From Squalus acanthias (lineage: Eukaryota), in contig CM059432.1 in the NCBI GenBank assembly GCA_030390025.1, positions 46,192,001 to 46,256,000 of the forward strand: a DNA stretch of 64,000 nt, given 5' to 3'. Shown in pieces: positions 49,601-62,917 of this stretch (its first letter is position 1; the number at the start of each line of letters is the position of its first letter). Below the pieces are notes generated by a model. It was not told the DNA's origin, did not search any database, and saw nothing but the letters and a program-made list of their open reading frames with translations. A program made the translations under genes and the position numbers.

Positions 49601-49825
49601 TTTAAAACCCTGGGATGGAAACCATCTTGCCCTGGGGATTTGTCACTTTTTAGTGCCATTATTTTTTTAATTGCTGTTATTTTGCTTACATTAATTTTGA
49701 TGAGTCCCCGTCCCTGATTCAATATTAGTTTCCTTGGGATCCTTGGGATGTCCAGCATGCCATCCTCTTCCTCCACTCTAAATACTGACGCAATGTAATT
49801 ATTCAACATGTCCGCCATTTCCTTG
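46640..49825 (-). mobile_element. CR1 LINE fragment interrupted by solo LTR B
   Basis: KSPG.DG.HPRVLKEV, KFADD, MLAFISRGLEYK fragments; the sequence rejoins across 47542/49203. Confidence 0.85.
47543..49198 (-). mobile_element. Solo LTR B (1656 bp), same family as solo LTR A
   Basis: TGTAAGGGG...TTTACA; TSD TTAG (47539-47542 / 49199-49202); collinear with 44823-46478. Confidence 0.88.
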
Positions 49826-51112
49826 TTTTAGTTACAGTATCCTCCTCTGAGCTCCTCTGAGGAATCGTCATCCGCGACCTCCAGCAACTCCTGCTGTACG
49901 CGTGAAGGCGCTATGGGAGATAAAAGACATGAATGTGTACTAGGAAGGTGAAAGGTTGTGGTTATGCACACAGCATGATGTAGGTGAATGTGCCACTGTA
50001 CCCACCTGTCCTGACCTGGTTCGGTCATTAAAGTTCTTCCTGCACTGAATCAATGAAGGTGAAACTACGCTCCTGCTGCTGATCTCCTTTGCCATCTCCA
50101 GCCATGACTTCTTGGTGTCAGCAGCAGGTTTCTTCCTCCAGTTGCTGGGGAAGAGTACCGCTCTCTGACTCCTCACCGCCCCCAACAGCACATCAAGGAG
50201 GCGTCATTAAAGCGGGGCACAGCCTTTGAGTGTCCTGATTCCATGCTGAGAGGTCTTCCCCTGTTACTTTCAATTCCAAGCTCCTGCAAATTGCATCTTT
50301 GGATTGTCTCTTTAAATACTGGAGTTGAGATTGTGTTATGCGGGTCCTCATCACGCCCGCTGTCGCTGATTGGATGGAAAATCCAAAAGTAAAATGGTAT
50401 TGAGGTGGCTGCATTAAAATGCCACTAACAGACACGCAGAACTTATTTCCAGATTTCCCACGCGATATCGGGACCCCCACCCCCCACTCCCAGTGCGTTT
50501 CCCAGTTAATATTGGTGTCATAGATTTAAAAAACATAAACAGATTAAAATTGCAAACAGAAAAATATTTTTCATAGGTTTGAAATTAGTGGACGTAAGCT
50601 TTTGCAACTCCTCAGCCACCCCCCGCCCCCCGCCCCCCTCCCCACCATGGCGCACACATTACTAAACGCCACCACTGCTCATGGATATTTGATGGAGAAA
50701 ATTATGACATCAAAGTGATGATTTGACAAATAAAGAGGTCTATTGAATAATTTTGCTTAAAACAACAGCCTTTAAATAGTTAACATAATATTCAAAATGT
50801 TGGCTAGAACTTTCTTTGAAACAATTTTAGCAATGAGTGGCCAAAGTAACAACCCCTCAGAGTTGATATAAACAGGATGCAGCCATCAATGTCGGAAGGA
50901 TTTCTGCTGATGTTACTATAAAAAGGCTTGCGGTAGATTTGTCTCCAGAAGAATATTATTATAGAAATCACTCAGAAATGAGCCAAAAGTTTATTTTTAA
51001 ATACTGTATTTAGTGAACTTTCTGACAAACTTTGAATAATTTTGGAAAAGTAATTAAAATGCTCCAGACATTTAGAAAATGTTGCAAGTATTTATTTCTT
51101 ATAAGAACATAA

Positions 51113-51211
51113 GAAATAACAACAGAAAACGCTGGAAAAACTCAGCAGGCCAGGCAACATCCAGCGTTTTCTGTTGTTATTTCGGATTTCCCGCATCCGC
51201 AGTATTTTGCT
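51113..51211. mobile_element. Short Penelope-like fold-back remnant in a CR1 tail
   Basis: Perfect 24-bp inverted repeat 51113-51136 / 51160-51183, flanked on both sides by (CATAAGAA)n units. Confidence 0.55.
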
Positions 51212-51212
51212 A

Positions 51213-51605
51213 TCATAAGAACATAAGAAGTAGGAGCAGGAGTAGGTCATTTGGCCCCTCGAACCTGCTCCTCCATTCAATAAGATGATGGCTGATCTGA
51301 TCTTGGCCTCAACTCCACTTCCCTGCCCGCTCCCCATAACCCTTGACTCCCTTATCGTTCAAAAATCTGTCTATCTCCACCTTAAATATATTCAATGACC
51401 CAGCCTCCACAGCTCTCTGGGGAAGAGAATTCCAAAAATTCACAACCCTCTGAGAGAAGAAATTCCTCCTCATTTCCGATTTGAAAGGGTGCCCCCTTAT
51501 TCTGAAATTATGCCCCCTAGTTCTAGATTCCCCCACGAGGGGAAACATCCTCTCTGCATCTACCCTGTCAAGCCCCTCAGAATCTTATATGTTTCAATAA
51601 GATTA
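51213..51605 (-). mobile_element. CR1 LINE 3' end
   Basis: ORF 51309..51548(-) MFPLVGESRTRGH...WNSLP; (CATAAGAA)n tail. Confidence 0.9.
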
Positions 51606-54600
51606 TTGTCTCTGTGTATTCTGGTGCAAACAAATCTTTTGTGTTGTAATTCTATATTTGCATTCCATTCATTAAATGAATTATTTCAAATCAAAACATA
51701 AAAGAAAATAATATTTTATTCTGGATTTACTGGTACCAAGAGTCCAGCATCCATAGCAACATGTGCAAAAGTATCAAGTTAGCCTCCAACCGTTCATGGT
51801 AGTTAATGGCTGTTCATGGACTATGTCACTGAAAAATATATTAAATGCTTTTTGTTTCTGAATGTGTTTTCACAGAAGTTATGAACTACACAGTTCTGTT
51901 TTAACTTTAAATGTCAGTGAACTGAAAGGCTCCATTAATGTTCATGGATACATATCAACTCCCATAAATTACTTAGTCAACTGTGAAACACATTCATCCA
52001 AAAATCGCCCATGGAAATTTTTATGGAGCTTCAAAAACAATCCATAATCAATTTAGCTGGGAAATGGATATCTGTGTTAGTCCCCTGGCACAATTTTTTT
52101 TTTGTGTGTGCCAGGCTACATGGCGAGTCAGATTTAATATATATTTGATTAATAGTGCAAGCTGGTGCAATCTGCTTGTTGGGAAAAGGAATGTCATTGC
52201 TGCAGCCACAAATAAATGTATTCAAAGTACTTCAAATGACTGTAAATCGGATTTCATGTAAATTTCAATTTATACCAAGGAGCAGCAGACAGATGCCAGC
52301 CTCTAAGTGTCATTTCTCAGCATTAACTAATGTCTTTCTAAACAGTACTCACATTTCTTATTGTTCTTATACATTATATATTCCATGAGAGAAAGTTAAT
52401 GGGTTGAGGTTTATTGGCCTGATAGTTAATTGCAGCCTCTTGCTTTGCTCCAACCACAGGGGATATACCAAGAAACAGCACAAGTATAGATTCTAGAGCA
52501 CAGCAGACACCAAGTGATAAGAAGGGTTGGCACTATGGGATGAAGATTTAGATGTAGGCTCACTGATAGATTTTCATGTAAATAAATATTTTTGATGTGC
52601 TGCAATTGCTGTTTTTATGTGATTTCTTGCAATATTATTTGGTTTTCTGGAATTTGGTTGTGTTTTTTTTGGCAAGGCAAGATATCATTTTTGGGGGGCA
52701 GTATCAGAGGGATCGGAAGGGTCACAGAGGCTGGAGGCCAGGATGTTGCTGTCTAGACGGAGATGTTCAGGGAACAAAGAGTCTGTAATAAGAGTCTGCC
52801 AAGTTGCTAAGACTGACTGTGTGGAGTTCCCTGTGACTCTTCAGAATCCTTCTCTATCACCTTGCTGGTGGTATCAATTGAGTCACTAAAACTTTGCTTT
52901 AGGATCCTATTATTATTCTCGATGCGACTTTGGTAGATGTATGTGCCTCACTCTTTGCAGCTGAGGCTGGATTCCATAGAGAGATCAGAGCATGATGGGC
53001 TATGCCCGGTCTCCCACCAGCCTTCCTTTAAACCTGCATTACTCTCCAGTAGGGGGAATGGTGAATTATCTCAGGATGAAGGTGTCATGTGGGCTGCTGG
53101 TAAACCTGATCTGCATGACCTTGTGGCCGAGGCGGCATAAAAATTGAATATTAATAGGAAAAAAACACTTCCTGTTCATGTAGATTGCATTCTAGTCATG
53201 AGGGCTCACAGTTTGACATGAGTGCTATCTATTGAATCCTGAACCTTCAGAAATCCTGCTATGCTATAGAAACTATGGGCTCTGATGAAAGGTCATAAGA
53301 TGTGAAACATTAATCTTTCATCCACACCTGGCCAGCTGGGTGTTTTTGGCATTTTCTGTTTTTAAACCACTAACTTACCTGGCCCCTATTCCTGGGGGCA
53401 TACAACACCAGACCAGCGACCAACAGGTGTCCAGGAAAAAAGGTGGCAGTTTACTACAACATCATTCAGACCTCATTACCATGTAATTTTAATAACAATG
53501 TTCCCCTGAGATGCAACTAAGTGCAGGCCATACATATTTTTCCCCAGGAAAAATATGGACAGTGCTACTGAGGCATTAAACAGGTGCAGTAGGATAGCAC
53601 CCATTTTATGATTTGTTGTGACCCAGAATGGGGGCTAACCTCAGGAAAATCTACCCTATTATTCCCAAATGGTCCTGGCACTTCTCTGTTTTGCGCCAGT
53701 AATATGTATTCAATTCTGTTGCTGGGCAGCAGTGAATCTCAAGGAAGTGTATCTTTAATATCATGCTGATACTGCTAAAAATATTAAATCAGGCCTACAC
53801 TTTGACAATTGACTTTATAAACTTTACATCCTCAAAAAAGATGATTGCTTATGAATGTAGTTTTCATGTTGATGTAAACATATACAGTAGTTCATTCACA
53901 TACTGGCAGAAATTTAAATATGGGGTTAACAAATACGTGCATACTGGGCAGAATTAACATGTGTTAATTCTATTTACATAACACACCAGCACAAATTAGA
54001 GGACTAGCAGTAACTCTCGAAGCTGATGATTTGATTCATAACCTTAAATGCACTGAATTTTGCAAGGCTTTTTTGGTGCCTTATAGAAAAATTTGTGTTG
54101 ACTTTATTTCAATAGATTTTAAAGTACAAACTTTTTATCAGGAATAAAGTTGTTCTGGTATTAGAAAAGGAGGATCAATTGCACAACAGCATTACATGTA
54201 AGGCAGTGCTGCTTTTGTTTATCTCGGACTGTCTCTAAATAAAACTGATAACAGATGGTTTGATGCTGGTCTAATCTAACTCTTGCTGTGTTAATGTAGT
54301 GGCCGTTCCATGTAGCATTTCACATTAAATGAGCAGACTGTGACCTGCTTAATTTTACATCATCCCCACGTGTGCGGTTTTTATATTGGGACTATCTGGA
54401 GATCAGATGTTCACATTAAAACCTAACAATCAGAATTAGCTTGAAGAAAATGCAGACTGACACTCACACCACTATCAGAGGATATGCTGTGGAATATCGT
54501 TTTCAATACCAGTGAAGCAAATTTAGCATCTGAAGTGCAATGAGTGACTTGTGCAGTGCAATGCCTTGCCTTGCAGTGCCTTGTCTAGCTCCTAAGTAGA

Positions 54601-55074
54601 ATAGCAACAGGAGGCCATAGTTTCCAAACTGGGATGTGCCATCAGAGGGAGGTGCAGAGATGCGCAAGAAGGATCAAAGTCAGATCTCAACAACTACAGG
54701 CTAGTATCATGGAAAAAATGCTTATGCAAACTACAGCAAATGAGAAGCTGTTGGAAGAGCTCAATCATAACAACCCATTATCTGGTCAGTAATCTAACTT
54801 CAGAGCAAATCAGTCAGTTTATGACACGAACAATCCAACAGTCCATAATGTAGTGATTCTCTTGATGATCAAAGGCTGAAGTGAAAGCAGCAGCTGTCAA
54901 CAGTTTTATATCCATTAGTAGGGTCAGATGTCCCAGCCTCATTAAGAAACTGCCTTTCTGTGGCACATCTGATGAACTACTCATCTGGATGTGCAACTTC
55001 TTCAGAGGACACAAACACAGAGTCAGAAAAAATGGATATTTATCTTATTCTGAAGGGTCCACATCAATCACCTA

Positions 55075-56225
55075 TGGGGAATGTCTATGGATGCTTTTAT
55101 ATGGACGTTCAGAAGGCATTTGATAAAGTCCCTCATAAGAGACTGTTAACTAAAGTTGAAGGCAAATTATTGACCAGGTTAGGAAATTAGCTGAGCGGCA
55201 GAAGACATAGAGTCGGGATAATGGGCAGGCACTCTAATTGGCAGGATGTGACTAGTGGTGTCCCGCAAGGATCTGTGTTGGAGCCTCAATTATTCACCAT
55301 ATTTATTAACGACTTAAATGATGGGATGGAAAGCCACATATCCAAGTTTGCCGATGGCACAAAGCTAGGCGGCATTTTAAGCAATGTCGATGGAAGCATA
55401 AAATTACAAAGAGTTATTGATAGATTAAGCGAATGGGCAAAACTGTGGGTAATGTAGGCAAATGTGATGTCATCCACTTTGGACCTAAAAAGGATAGAGC
55501 AGGGTACTTCCTAAATGGTGAAAAGCTAAGAGACTTGGATATCCAGGTACATAGATCATTAAATGTCATGAACAGGTACAGAAAATAATCAAAAAGGCTA
55601 ATGGAATGCTGGCCTTTATATCTAGAGGACTAGAATACAAGGGGGTAGAAGTTATGCTACAGTTATACAAAGCCCTGCTTAGACCACACGTGGAGTACTG
55701 TGAGCAACTCTGGGCACCACACCTTAGGAAGGATATATTGGCCTTGGAGGGAGTGCAGCGTAGATTTCCAGAATAATACCTGGACTCCAAGGGTTAAATT
55801 ACAAGGAGAGATTACACAAACTAGGGTTGTATTCCCTGGAATTTAGAAAGTTAAGGGGTGATCTGATCGAAGTTTTCAAGATATTAAGGGAACTGATAGG
55901 GTAGATAGAGAGAAACTATTTCCACTGGTTCGTAAGTCTAGGACTAGCGAGCACAGTCTAAAAATTAGAGCCAGACCTTTCAGGAGTGAAATTAGGAAAC
56001 AAAGGGTGGTAGACATTTGGAACTCTCTTCCGCAAACAGCAATTAATGCTAAATCAATTGTTAATTTTAAACCTGAGATTGATAGATTTTTGTTAACCAA
56101 AGTTATTAAGGAATATGGGGCAAAGGCGGATATATGGAGTTAGCTCACAGATCAGCCATAATCTCACTGAATGGCAGAACAAGCTCGAGGTGCTAAATGG
56201 CCTACTCTTGTTCCTATGTTCCTAA
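55075..56225 (+). mobile_element. CR1 LINE 3' half
   Basis: YMDVQKAFDKVPH, GVPQGSVL, KFAD; 3' UTR ending CCTATGTTCCTA. Confidence 0.9.
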
Positions 56226-56642
56226 GACCAAATCGTTAACTGTTGACCGAGTTGGATCAAAATCTTACCACTCCATTAAAATAACAGGGAGAAATTAGTT
56301 TGCTGTGATGGATTTCAAGGTACGGAAACCCGATGAGAATGGTTCTGCTCCAATTTCTGGCCCTTCTGGTCCCGGGATACCCCAACAACAAATGGGATTC
56401 TATCTTGCTGACTGGCTCTTGTTGGGGTACAATTTCACAGGCACCACAGGCTGTTGTCACGTCATTCCCACACACACACACATGCACAGAGTTTGCAACA
56501 GGAATCACTAGATAGCAATAAGAAGCCTTCAAAGATTTTTCCTCTCGCTAGCTTTGGAGTGCTGATTCTAGTTGTAGAACCCTAACTGCTGCTCTGTTTG
56601 AGATCAAATCAGTGATGGATACCAACCCTATAACCTTCTGAT

Positions 56643-56791
56643 CTCTCTTCCGCAAACAGCAATTAATGCTAAATCAATTGTTAATTTTAAACCTGAGATT
56701 GATAGATTTTTGTTAACCAAAGTTATTAAGGAATATGGGGTAAAGGCGGATATATGGAGTTAGCTCACAGATCAGCCATAATCTCACTGAA
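56643..56791 (+). repeat. Local duplicate of 56023-56171
   Basis: 149 bp with one mismatch; flanked by direct repeat AACCTTCTGATCT (56632-56644 / 56790-56802). Confidence 0.9.
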
Positions 56792-58691
56792 CCTTCTGAT
56801 CTGTTTGACTTTGTACCACACCACAAAATACACAGACCCAAAGTCATAGGGGGAATTTCTTTTGTATTTTTTTGAATCTTATGAAGTTTTCATTGGTGTT
56901 CACTTGTTCAGTCATCTGTAATGTGACAAGTTAAAAAAAACAGTGAAAACTATCAAAGAGGTAACAGCATGGCAGAGCTAACAGGTATATATTTCTGCAT
57001 TGTGATAGTGTTTATGGACAGCAGCTACTTAAAAGCAGACTCGTTGCTACATCAGTTGCTAGTAAGTGTCCTGCCAGGTACTACGTTGACTGTAAATCAA
57101 GAGAAACTTATTCTGGTGGAAAAGTAGAAAATAATGATAACATTGCTCATTGTTATAATTTATACTACTGATGCTATCACATATCATGCTCAGTGAATCA
57201 GTGGCCTGTAGCACTTGCTTTAGAATGTGCATCCATCATTTTCGTTTGAGAAATTTCAACAAATAACAGCAAAAATGATTATAGCATTCCAAATGTTATT
57301 GTATCCCAAAGGGCATTATTTGTAGCTCTGTTGAGGATTAAAAATTTCATCTGCAATGGTGGAACTCACTACATCTTATAATGAGTAATATATAGGGTGC
57401 GGAACAGTATGGTACTTTATGTAAACGTTTGTGTAAAAAAGGTGATGACCGACTGCATCATTTAAAAAAGTATATATATAAACGGAAGAAACAGGAAACC
57501 AAAATAGAAAATGGTTGGAGTTAAGTATACATCTGTAGGGAAATGCTTGGAGCTTATAAAGACAGGATGTCAGCAAGAATCAAAAACACATAATTTAGTA
57601 TAAAATCAGTGCAAGCTAAATAAACTTTCAAATGAATCTCAGTATAATTATTATGTTATAAAATAACTTGTAATGTCAGGAAGACATGAAATAGAGCACA
57701 GCTAGCCATTTGGAAATTACTTTTGTGCTTCCCAGCCACTATTCAAAATAGTCTTAACAAAAATGTGAATTATGAAAGCAAAGGAAAAAATAATTAGGTA
57801 AACAACGCTTCTTAATTGAAAAGATACACCTCTTGCGTCAGTTCTGCCCATGCAGTCTAACACTTATTTCCAAACATCATCCATACAAACTTGGTTTTAT
57901 ACCAAAAGCGTATTGCTCTTTATTCTGCCGGTAATTCCACAGGCCATGATGGGATAATAAGTTTTGTGGCAAAAAAATTAAGTAAATAGAATGAAATGAT
58001 TAAGAAATCACAGATTTGGTGGTATATTATACTGACATTTCAATCATGTCAAAAGCCTTCATAACTCATAAGCAGCAGGGCAATTGTAACTTATTAATCT
58101 TTCATGCCTGTCACTGCCACTAATATGATATTACACAGTACAGTAAATAGTGTTTGAAATGATGTGCATTTTGGAAATCAGATTTTCTTTAGTCTTGCAA
58201 GAGAAATCCGCCCTAACTTTGGTACTGCAAAATTGGTGTAAAATAATGGTGTTACAATAGCTTTAAGCTTGAGGCTTACCAGAGCCACTATTGAAGTAGT
58301 AGCATAGGCTTACTGTCAAGAAAAATACTAGCAACTGTAGTTTTATAATTATATTGTATACTTATATATAAACCCAACAGAGGGAAACCTCATTCTGGAG
58401 GTACTGTCATTCATTTGGTAAGCCCCTGTCTGAAATGGAGGGAATCAACAAATTAGAACATGTCGCTGAAACAGACACTCTCCTCATAGTACAAAAGACA
58501 TCTTTGCGAGGGTCCCAAGCTTGTGTCATGACAGGCTTGATTGTCTAGTGGTCTAGTGATTGATCTGGTTTGAATACTTCAAGCAGTATAGCCATTCCCT
58601 CTCTGCAGCCAAATGTCTTACTACTCCAGAATCATTATGGAGTGTAAGGACAATCCCAAACTTCTCTTTTCCACCATAAACAGCCTCCTTG

Positions 58692-59270
58692 AACCTTGGT
58701 TAGACCACACTTGGAGTACTGCGTACAATTCTGGTCGTCATATTATAAAAAGGATATAGAGGCACTGGAGATGGTGCAGAGAAGAGTTACAAGGATGATA
58801 CCAGAAATGTGAGGGAATACCTACCAGGAAAGGATGAACAGGCTGGGTCTCTTTTCTCTTGAAAAGAGAAGGCTGAGGGGTGACCTAATAGAGGTCTTTA
58901 AAATTATGAAAGATTTTGATAGACAAGATACAGAAAGAGGGTTTCCACTTGTGGGGAAGAGCAAAACTAGATGACATCAATATAAGATAGTCACCAAGAA
59001 ATCAAATAGGGAATTCAGAAGAAACTTCTTTACCCAGAGAGTGATGAGAATGTGGAACTCGCTACCACAGGGAGTGATTGAAGCGAATAGTATAGGTGCA
59101 TTTAAAAGGCGGTTAGATTAGCATATGAGGGAGAAGGTAATAGAGGGTTATGCAGATAGGATTAGATGAGGAAAGACGGGAGGAGGCTCAAGTGAAGCAT
59201 AAACGCTGGCATTGACTGGTTGGGACAAATGGCCTGTGCCTGTGCTGTATATCCTATGTAATCCTATGTA
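58692..59270 (+). mobile_element. CR1 LINE 3' fragment
   Basis: [13 protein letters not shown] coding remnant at 58696-58735; tail ATCCTATGTA x2. Confidence 0.88.
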
Positions 59271-59272
59271 AA

Positions 59273-62200
59273 ATGCAGGCTCAGCACAAAAAAGCTGCCC
59301 CCAGATTTAGTGATGCCTCCCTGGAAATCCTGCTCCAGGGAGTAAGAGCCCGCAGGGAGATCCTCTTCCCTGGTGACAGGAGGAAGAGGCCAGCGGCAGA
59401 GACATAGCGGGCATGGCTGGAGATCGCAGAACAAGTGAGCAGCAGGAGTGTGGTTACCAGGCCCTGGATACAGTGCAGGAAGAGATTTACTGACCTCATG
59501 AGGTCAGGAAAGGTGAGTACAATGCCACATTCAACCACATCCTGATGTACATGTCACCCCAACCCCTTCACTCTGCCTTCCCAAGTCTACTCCTGCAAAT
59601 CACTCCTCACACTAACCTACCTTGCATGTGAACTCACCCCTCACTGTCTATGCACTTACTCACATCCCCATCTGACTAACCACCAATGACACTCACCCTC
59701 ATCGTAATGCAATCATGGAATCATAGAAATGAACGCCACAGAAGGATGCCATTTGGCAATGACATGCCACTCCCTCATAGTCACCCTCTACAGCCCATCC
59801 ATCTCTTACACTCATTTCATGACCCTCACTCAAAGGTCTCTTGTTTCCCTCCTTGCAGGAGAAGAGAGCACAGAACACCAGGGAGAGGCAGACAACCGGA
59901 GATGGCCCTCCAGTTGCCATACCATTGACTGCAGCAGAGGAGGAGGCGCTGGAGATCAGCGAGTTGCAGAGCTGCTGGCGGTGGGAGATGGAGCAAGGGG
60001 GACCTCCCAGCTACCTGGTGACAGAATTAAATATCATACAGCCACATGGCATACAACAGTCACTCATGGTGACTTGATGTCAGCAGCCAGTGAAATGTCA
60101 TCATGTGCATAATGGTAACTTAAAACATTCTTATCATAACAGTTCTAATTCATGTCTTTACTCTCCCACAGGTCCAACAAATGCCTCCCCCCCACTGTCC
60201 AGCCAGAGGAGGAAGAAGACTCCTCAGAGAAAGCTGCAATCTCTGAGGGTGTACCATCACACGACCCATGCACACCCAGCACCAGTGCAGATACGCACAT
60301 GTCGGTGGGTCCAGTGAGAGAGAGAGAGTAGTGTAGTCAGCTGGTATCTCACAGATCACAAGTGAGCAAGAGCAGATGGTGGAGACAGGGACAGCAGTGG
60401 AGCATCCTCATCGGAGCGTGCAGGATGCTCCAAACAGAGCTCAGCTGGATGCAGATGCTGAACCTCGGGGGGGCCGTTGACAAAGAGGATAATTCTTGAG
60501 GAGCAGCATAAAATGTGGGAGGCTCTGGCAGCTTTTCCAGCTACGATGTGCGTGATTGTAGGGAGAATGGAGGTGCTCTCCAGCTCCTTGCTAGCAGGGA
60601 AGTGCGGGTGGCCTATGAGAGGATGATGCTGAGAGGGGACATGGAAGTGGGGGCTCTGCTCAAAGCTCTCACACATCTCCCCCGTTGCATCTCTCTCAGT
60701 CAGAGCCCCACATGCTGCCTCGGATCCCGATGGCCGAGTCTGCCCCTGCACAGGTGCAGGAGGAGCAGTCTTTGGCGGGGCCCTCTCAGGCTTCAAAACC
60801 CAGAGGACGTCCGCCAAAAGTGTCTAAGCAGCCAGAGCAGGGAAGTGAGCAGCCTGCCTCTACTTCTGCTGAAGCCACAGGGGGTGCATGTCATAGAAGT
60901 AGTAGAAAAAGATAAATGACACAATTGTAGATGCAAGGGGATGCACATGGGTGTGTTCCAAAATGTTTAAGGGATAAGTTTCAGGTCAACTTATGAGCCA
61001 CATCAAATTATTTCTTTGCACCACTTTCCAGTCTTGTCCATTTTTGCCTGCTACCTGGGAAGTGGCCTTGTCAGTTGGAGTGAATGGTGAGACATTACTT
61101 AACCTTGAGCAATGGGTGTATGTGTGAGACAGGAATGGTATGGTTATTTTAGGACTGCTTTGTGGTGTTGGTTGGGTGGGGGAGGAGTGGAAGGTGGTTC
61201 AGCATCTGGGTGCCATATGTGCGCACTGGTGCAACTTAACTAAATTGTGCCATTATGAGGCCATCCCGGGCCTCCCGAGCAGCAATATGCGCCGCTGCTG
61301 GTTCCATCTCCACTTCAGATACATTCTCTTCCTCCTCCTTCTCATGTTCCACCTGTTCCTCCTACTCCTCCTCCGAAGAGGCTGTGTGCTGTGTGCCTTG
61401 CTCCTCCTGCAGCTCCAATCCTCGCTGCTGTGCTTTGTTGTGCAGAGTGCAGCATACGATGATCATTCTGGAGACCCTGGCTGGTGCATATTGAAGGGCT
61501 CCTCCAGATCTGTCTAGGCATCTGAAGCGCATCTTCAGTATCCCAATTGCTTGCTATATTACACATCTGCTCGTCATGTGGCTTTGATTATAGCGCTCCT
61601 CGGCCTCATTACTTGGCTTCTTCAAGGGTGCCATGAGCCATGTCTTCTGTGGATAGCCCTTGTCTCCAAGCAGCCAGCTGGTAAGTCTGTTTGGAGGTGC
61701 GAAGAGCTGAGGGAGGGTGAACTGGCGCAGGACGAAAAATCATGACAGCTCCCTGGGAATCTGGCACACACATGCATGATGATCTTTTTGTGGTTGCAGA
61801 CGAGCTGCACATTGAGGGAGTGGAAGCCCTTCTGGTTCACAAACACTCCTGGGTGATCTGGGAGTGTCTTGATGGCCATATGTGTGCAGTCGATGATGCC
61901 CTGCACCGGTGGGAAGCCAGCCAGAGCCGCAAAGCCGAGCTCCCGCTCAATCTGATCGGCTTCATCAGTGGCAATGTGTATATAAGTGCCTGACTTGTGA
62001 AACATGGCATCAGTCACCTGGGTGATGCATTTGCATGCAGCCAACTACGAGATCCTGCAAATGTCTGGTGCAGATGCCTGGAAGGAGCCTGAGATGAAGA
62101 AGTTGAGGGTGGTGGTGACTTTGACAGCCATGAACTGATGCAATAGCCTGAGCCTCCTCAGGCACTGCTGTTCAGTCATGTCGAGGAAGCTCACCCTCTG

Positions 62201-62917
62201 CCTATATACCCTGTTTGGGGGTATCACCTCCGGCGCGGTGCATATCCCCTCTCTCCTGTGGAGCCGTAGTTCGGTGAGGAAAAGGCTGCTGCTGCTGTTG
62301 CTGCTGGTGTCGCTGATGCTGTTGGTGCTGGGACTCATCTTGGTCCGAATCTTAGGTCCAAGGTGAAACAGCATAAGTGGCACCCATGCTGATCTGATAG
62401 GTGCCAGGTAAATTGGAGATCAGAGGCACAATTCTCCAATGTATTGAGAGTGACTTCCAATGTAGTGAGAGTGGCTTCCGAAGTTGTAGTAATCACCTAC
62501 AAACTCCTGAAAGCAAATTCTTAGCACAAATGGTGTCAGCAAGAGCTTTTTCCGTTAGGCAAGGAAGCAGGTGTGAGGTGTGAGTATTTATGTGATTTTT
62601 TTCAACTGTCAATTGTTCAACTCACATAATGGCTGCTCAGCTCTCACCTTGCTTTCACAGGCAAGGTTCAGGAAGCCTGTGAATCCCGTGGGCAGCCAGT
62701 AAAAGCTGCAACACCAGCTTAGAAAGGCTGATAATAGCCTGTTAACGAGCTCTCAAATACTTTAATTAGGTTGTCTGCCTTTCCCGAGCAGGTCTCTGGC
62801 GCGCTGACTAACGCGCCCGAGTAAAAGGCGGCTTCCCGACACGCTGTCAATTTCAGCCTTTTTAAGTGCCCACCTGCTCGCAAACCCGCACTCTCTTCAA
62901 AGTGAAAACTCCGGCCC
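59273..62917. mobile_element. Decayed PIF/Harbinger transposon (left end lost): Myb-like gene on + (59273-60915), transposase on - (about 61250-62390)
   Basis: APRFSDASLE...W.EIAEQVSSRS...QCRKRF.DL exon ending at 59512 with GTGAGT; transposase pieces [31 protein letters not shown]-like AAAACTCCGGCCC end. Confidence 0.85.

Larger units (their letters stand above)
33390..50230 (-). mobile_element. Decayed Harbinger Myb-like gene, fragmented by E2, two solo LTRs and a CR1
   Basis: 33430-33465 and 44635-44666 are inverted matches to 60845-60880 and 60621-60652; ORF 49940..50191(-) is a Myb/SANT exon (WLEMAKEISSRS...QCRKNFND). Confidence 0.65.
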
